Assembly (NCBI GenBank): GCA_964583985.1
Contig: CAZOYD010000045.1
Span: 1 to 29,581, forward strand
Source of the DNA: an uncultured archaeon
Lineage (GTDB): Archaea > Asgardarchaeota > Lokiarchaeia > Sigyniarchaeales > SOKP01
Direction of reading: 5' to 3'
DNA: 29,581 bases
Both the position numbers and the translations under genes were made by a program. Shown here piece after piece: positions 26,938 to 29,581 of the stretch (its first letter is position 1; every line of letters starts with the position of its first letter). The notes beneath the pieces are model-generated. The model saw only the letters and a program-made list of their open reading frames with translations. It was not told the DNA's origin and searched no databases.

Positions 26938-27825
26938 TTAACTTTTTATATTTATTTTGTTAACAAGTTCTTTATACCTTGAGCGAAGGGTTACCTCTGT
27001 TATGCCTACAATATTTGCAATGTCCTTTTGAGAGACTCTTTTGTTTTTCTTTTTACTCACGAGGTATAGAGCTCCCGCACACAATCCTTTAGGATCTTTA
27101 CCACTTGTAGAATTATTAGAAATAAAAACTTGTAAAGTCTTAATTGTCATCTTTTCAACGTCAGCATCTAATCCTAATTCTGCAACATATTTCGGTATTA
27201 AAGAAATGGGATCAGTTGAGGGAACCTTTAAATTTAATTCCCTTATTAATGTTCTATAACAACGGCGTACATTTTTTGCACTTATTGAACTCTCTTCTAA
27301 AATTTCTTGAAGAGTCCTTGGAATTTTACTCTCTCTACAAGTAAAATATAAACAAGCGGCAACCATTCCATTAATAGACCTTCCTCTAAGTAATTTCATT
27401 TTAAAGGCATTTATATATAAACGAATAGCTGCTTTTTTTACGTGATCCGGTAGGTTTAAATTACTTGCAATTCTTTTTAATTCTGTTGTAGCAATAAGCA
27501 TATTTCGTTTATCCCACGTCATTCTGGAATTCCATTTTGCAGCTCGTTTAAGATCTGGATTTTTAATCTTTGTTTTATCAATAATTGTACTAAGTCCCAT
27601 ATCAGGTAATAATATAGAAATAGGTGATCCTGTTCTCTCTCGTTTTTGTTTTTCTTGTTTAGTAAATGCTCGTTTATCACTATGAGATGTGTCTAAAATC
27701 CTTTCATTTACTACTAGTCCACATTGACCACAAACTATTTCTCCCTTCTCTTGAACAGAAATTGTCTTCCCTCCACATTCTGGGCATGAACTTGAAAACG
27801 ATTTAACTTCAATTTTACTTTCCAT
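26938..27825 (-). CDS. tfb: Transcription initiation factor IIB
   Basis: CPECGG...VCGQCG, RAF...RTGSP, LRGRSI, IPRTLQEI, GKDPKGL, SQKDIANIVGITEVTLRSRYKEL. Confidence 0.96.
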   Translation of the reverse strand: MESKIEVKSFSSSCPECGGKTISVQEKGEIVCGQCGLVVNERILDTSHSDKRAFTKQEKQKRERTGSPISILLPDMGLSTIIDKTKIKNPDLKRAAKWNSRMTWDKRNMLIATTELKRIASNLNLPDHVKKAAIRLYINAFKMKLLRGRSINGMVAACLYFTCRESKIPRTLQEILEESSISAKNVRRCYRTLIRELNLKVPSTDPISLIPKYVAELGLDADVEKMTIKTLQVFISNNSTSGKDPKGLCAGALYLVSKKKNKRVSQKDIANIVGITEVTLRSRYKELVNKINIKS

Positions 27826-28079
27826 ATCTATTTTCCTCTATAATTTACTTAAAATTAACTTTTAATGAATCTCCATTAAAAGTTTTCCTACCCCATACTG
27901 CTTGAATTACAAAATTGAAAATTTAAAGTGACTGAAATTTCTAATTTCCTTGAAAACAACAATATTATATGCAACTTAATTATATAAATCTTTCGCTACC
28001 TATTTTTATCGGTTATAATTTCTAAGAAAGTTGTCTTTTTTTAGTTATTAATGTAGCTGAATACTCAAAATTAAATATT

Positions 28080-28631
28080 TTAAAGTAGGTATGGTAAACA
28101 AGCGAATCCAAAGATAATAATTTGAAAAATTGATGATGTTAATAGAATAACAGATTTTTTAGGGCTACTAATGACCCGATTATTATTAACTAAATAAAAA
28201 ATGCTCATAATATATTGTAATATGGAAAAGAAAGAACATAAAGCAATAATTGGATAGATATAATAATCTAAACTGACCATATTCTTAAAAATTTCAGGTG
28301 GTAATGTTGAAATAACATAATTTAAAATGATCAAGAGTAATCCATTAAAATCATGACACAACCATATTAGAAAATACGTTAAATAATTAAAAAGAATACC
28401 AAACGCTAAAATTATATACGTACATCCTAATACAAGTCTAACTTTGTTTATAGCCTTATTAGAATTTTCGGGATCTTTTATTCTATTTTGAAGGTAAATA
28501 CCCCGAAGTCTAAGAAGGATTAATATCCCAATTAAAAATAAAACAATAACAAAAGTATATTTTAGAAAGATGAAAATTAATGGGATATAATTAAATAAAA
28601 AATCAAAAATGTCATAAATCATATTTATCAA
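28080..28631 (-). CDS. Hypothetical membrane protein (4-5 TM)
   Basis: 183 aa with multiple hydrophobic segments. Confidence 0.65.
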   Translation of the reverse strand: MINMIYDIFDFLFNYIPLIFIFLKYTFVIVLFLIGILILLRLRGIYLQNRIKDPENSNKAINKVRLVLGCTYIILAFGILFNYLTYFLIWLCHDFNGLLLIILNYVISTLPPEIFKNMVSLDYYIYPIIALCSFFSILQYIMSIFYLVNNNRVISSPKKSVILLTSSIFQIIIFGFACLPYLL

Positions 28632-28735
28632 TATAAGATTAAGCAGTTCTTTACTATATATCTGTAAAAATATATAAAAGGTAAGCGAAAATAGTGATCC
28701 TAGAAAAACTATCTTGTATTTTTCTTTTAAGAAAT

Positions 28736-29167
28736 TTAACTGATTTTTTCACACTCTTTATTGACCTCTTTTATAGTAGCGTTGAAATTTTGCCACCAAT
28801 CTTGTCCTTGCTGACTAACTAATATAGGATCCACCTTTCTTGAATCTAAACATCTGATTTCTTCAGTGTGAGCTTTAATCTTATCTTTCCATATTTGACT
28901 AAAAATATTTTGCAAATTAATTTTTACCTTTTTTATTAATTCCTCATATGTTACTGATACATCTACCGCTTTCTGTAATTTTTGGAGTTGATCAAACTTA
29001 ATTTTTTCTTTTGCTCGGTTTAAATCACCACAATTTATCGAAATAGTAAATGGATTTTCTTTTCCGAATTTACAATATTTTTGAATGTCACATGGAGAGC
29101 AAAACGATTCAAAACTAATTAAATACTCTTCTAATCCAATAATAGAATATTCTAATATTCGCGGCAC
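28736..29167 (-). CDS. Hypothetical Cys-containing protein
   Basis: 143 aa, GTG start, C-x2-C-x5-C motif plus further Cys. Confidence 0.7.
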   Translation of the reverse strand: MPRILEYSIIGLEEYLISFESFCSPCDIQKYCKFGKENPFTISINCGDLNRAKEKIKFDQLQKLQKAVDVSVTYEELIKKVKINLQNIFSQIWKDKIKAHTEEIRCLDSRKVDPILVSQQGQDWWQNFNATIKEVNKECEKIS

Positions 29168-29287
29168 GATGTCTCACATAAAAATTATTTTGTATACTTA
29201 AAACCACACTATCTATTAAAGATTTAGCTATTCATCTAATAAAAAAGAGTGAATGGTGTGTTAAAAATATAATAATTAAAGAAAAAA

Positions 29288-29509
29288 TCATCTTATAATC
29301 GGTGTAAGATCAAAGCCCTCTTTTTTAAAAGGATGGATAATTCCTTCCAATTCCTCAATAGCTAAGATAAGATCATCACTCAAACATTTTAGAACCGTTT
29401 TATTAAATGTGAGTTTGCAATCTGGACAATATATATTTGATTCAAGTTCCCAAACCTTGAATCCTTTACATCGAGGACAATGAAGAATGTTTTTACTGAT
29501 ATTTTTCAT
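29288..29509 (-). CDS. Small Zn-ribbon protein
   Basis: CPRCKG...IYCPDC; GATGG upstream of the ATG. Confidence 0.65.
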   Translation of the reverse strand: MKNISKNILHCPRCKGFKVWELESNIYCPDCKLTFNKTVLKCLSDDLILAIEELEGIIHPFKKEGFDLTPIIR

Positions 29510-29581
29510 TATTTTACCATCTCTTTTAGATCTTTCTTTAAGGGACTATTTAAACTCAAGTAATATTGAAATAGTGTAAAT

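Noticed and set aside
26392-27344. ORFs 26392-26580, 27041-27259 and 27144-27344
   Set aside because: Antisense shadows of the gamma-CA-like gene and tfb.

Overview
AT-rich archaeal chromosomal window, most consistent with an Asgard archaeon (Lokiarchaeia-like). This assignment is inferred from the tandem Roadblock, small GTPases, V4R protein, class I LysRS, archaeal r-proteins and archaeal 16S 5' end. Housekeeping content: 5' end of a 16S rRNA (minus strand), tRNA-Glu(CTC) with a non-canonical D-arm intron, rps17e, cdc6/orc1, rpl3-rpl4-rpl23, class I lysS, ABCE1/RLI, HIT, NIF3-like and two TFB paralogues. Two candidate systems stand out. (1) An operon of a fused double-Roadblock (MglB-like) protein, a protein resembling a DENN/folliculin core, and an MglA-like GTPase, with a second MglA-like GTPase nearby. 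(2) A dispersed Tad/Flp-like type IV pilus set: A24 prepilin peptidase, TadB/C-like platform, apparently leaderless pilin, CpaF/VirB11-like ATPase and a bacterial-style Flp pilin. Other oddities are a TFB paralogue that seems to need a non-canonical start codon, and a gamma-carbonic-anhydrase-fold protein lacking all three Zn-binding His. All calls come from motif reading by eye; no searches were run.
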